DNA of 64,000 nucleotides. Source: Chiloscyllium plagiosum. Taxonomy: Eukaryota. The stretch covers positions 44,024,403-44,088,402 of the forward strand of contig NC_057733.1 in the NCBI RefSeq assembly GCF_004010195.1, given 5' to 3'. The notes under the pieces are model-generated. The model was not told the DNA's origin, searched no databases, and was given only the letters and a program-made list of their open reading frames with translations. Every line of letters begins with the position of its first letter. The stretch's first letter is position 1. The translations under genes were made by a program, and so were the position numbers. Of the stretch, positions 63,807 through 64,000 are shown piece after piece.

Positions 63807-64000
63807 GTAAGTGACGAACATGAAATCTGATAGCACGGTGTCTAGCTGTTCTGCATTCTAGCAGAATATTGCTTATTAAAATTCTTCCTTTTAATGCTGT
63901 CTATCTACTGCCTGAGGTGATTAAAAAGAAATGTATCTGCTTCAATCCCAAGAAGAGTAAGCATAGGTCAGATATTGCACAAAGTTAAGATCTCACATTG

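Overview
Vertebrate genomic DNA, most likely a shark. This is inferred from the dense HER1/CR1 LINEs, HE1-like and Deu-type SINEs, and Penelope elements. There are three N-gaps. Three spliced protein-coding genes were reconstructed by hand from splice sites and reading phase: SYNGR2 (minus strand, coding exons 1-2, the rest lies left of the window), OXLD1 (minus strand, complete, 2 coding exons, 165 aa) and CCDC137 (plus strand, coding exons 1-4, continues right of the window). OXLD1 and CCDC137 share a CpG-rich bidirectional promoter. The rest is mostly nested retroelements: CR1, Tx1/L1, RTE, Penelope of two types, SINEs and one LTR-like element. The most notable features are: (1) about ten minimal hammerhead-ribozyme motifs from three Penelope-related families, several in 90-250 bp TSD-flanked mini-insertions that start at the ribozyme; (2) a perfect 90-bp-arm palindrome in the OXLD1 intron; (3) an LTR-like element with 6.4 identical 53-bp repeats, a TATA box, an NF-kB site and a splice donor, pointing at a strong acceptor 7 nt before the SYNGR2 ATG; (4) a uORF whose stop overlaps the OXLD1 start; (5) a tandem donor that would give CCDC137 an immediate stop. 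No databases were searched. Family names come from recognised motifs, and repeat boundaries are approximate unless a TSD is given.
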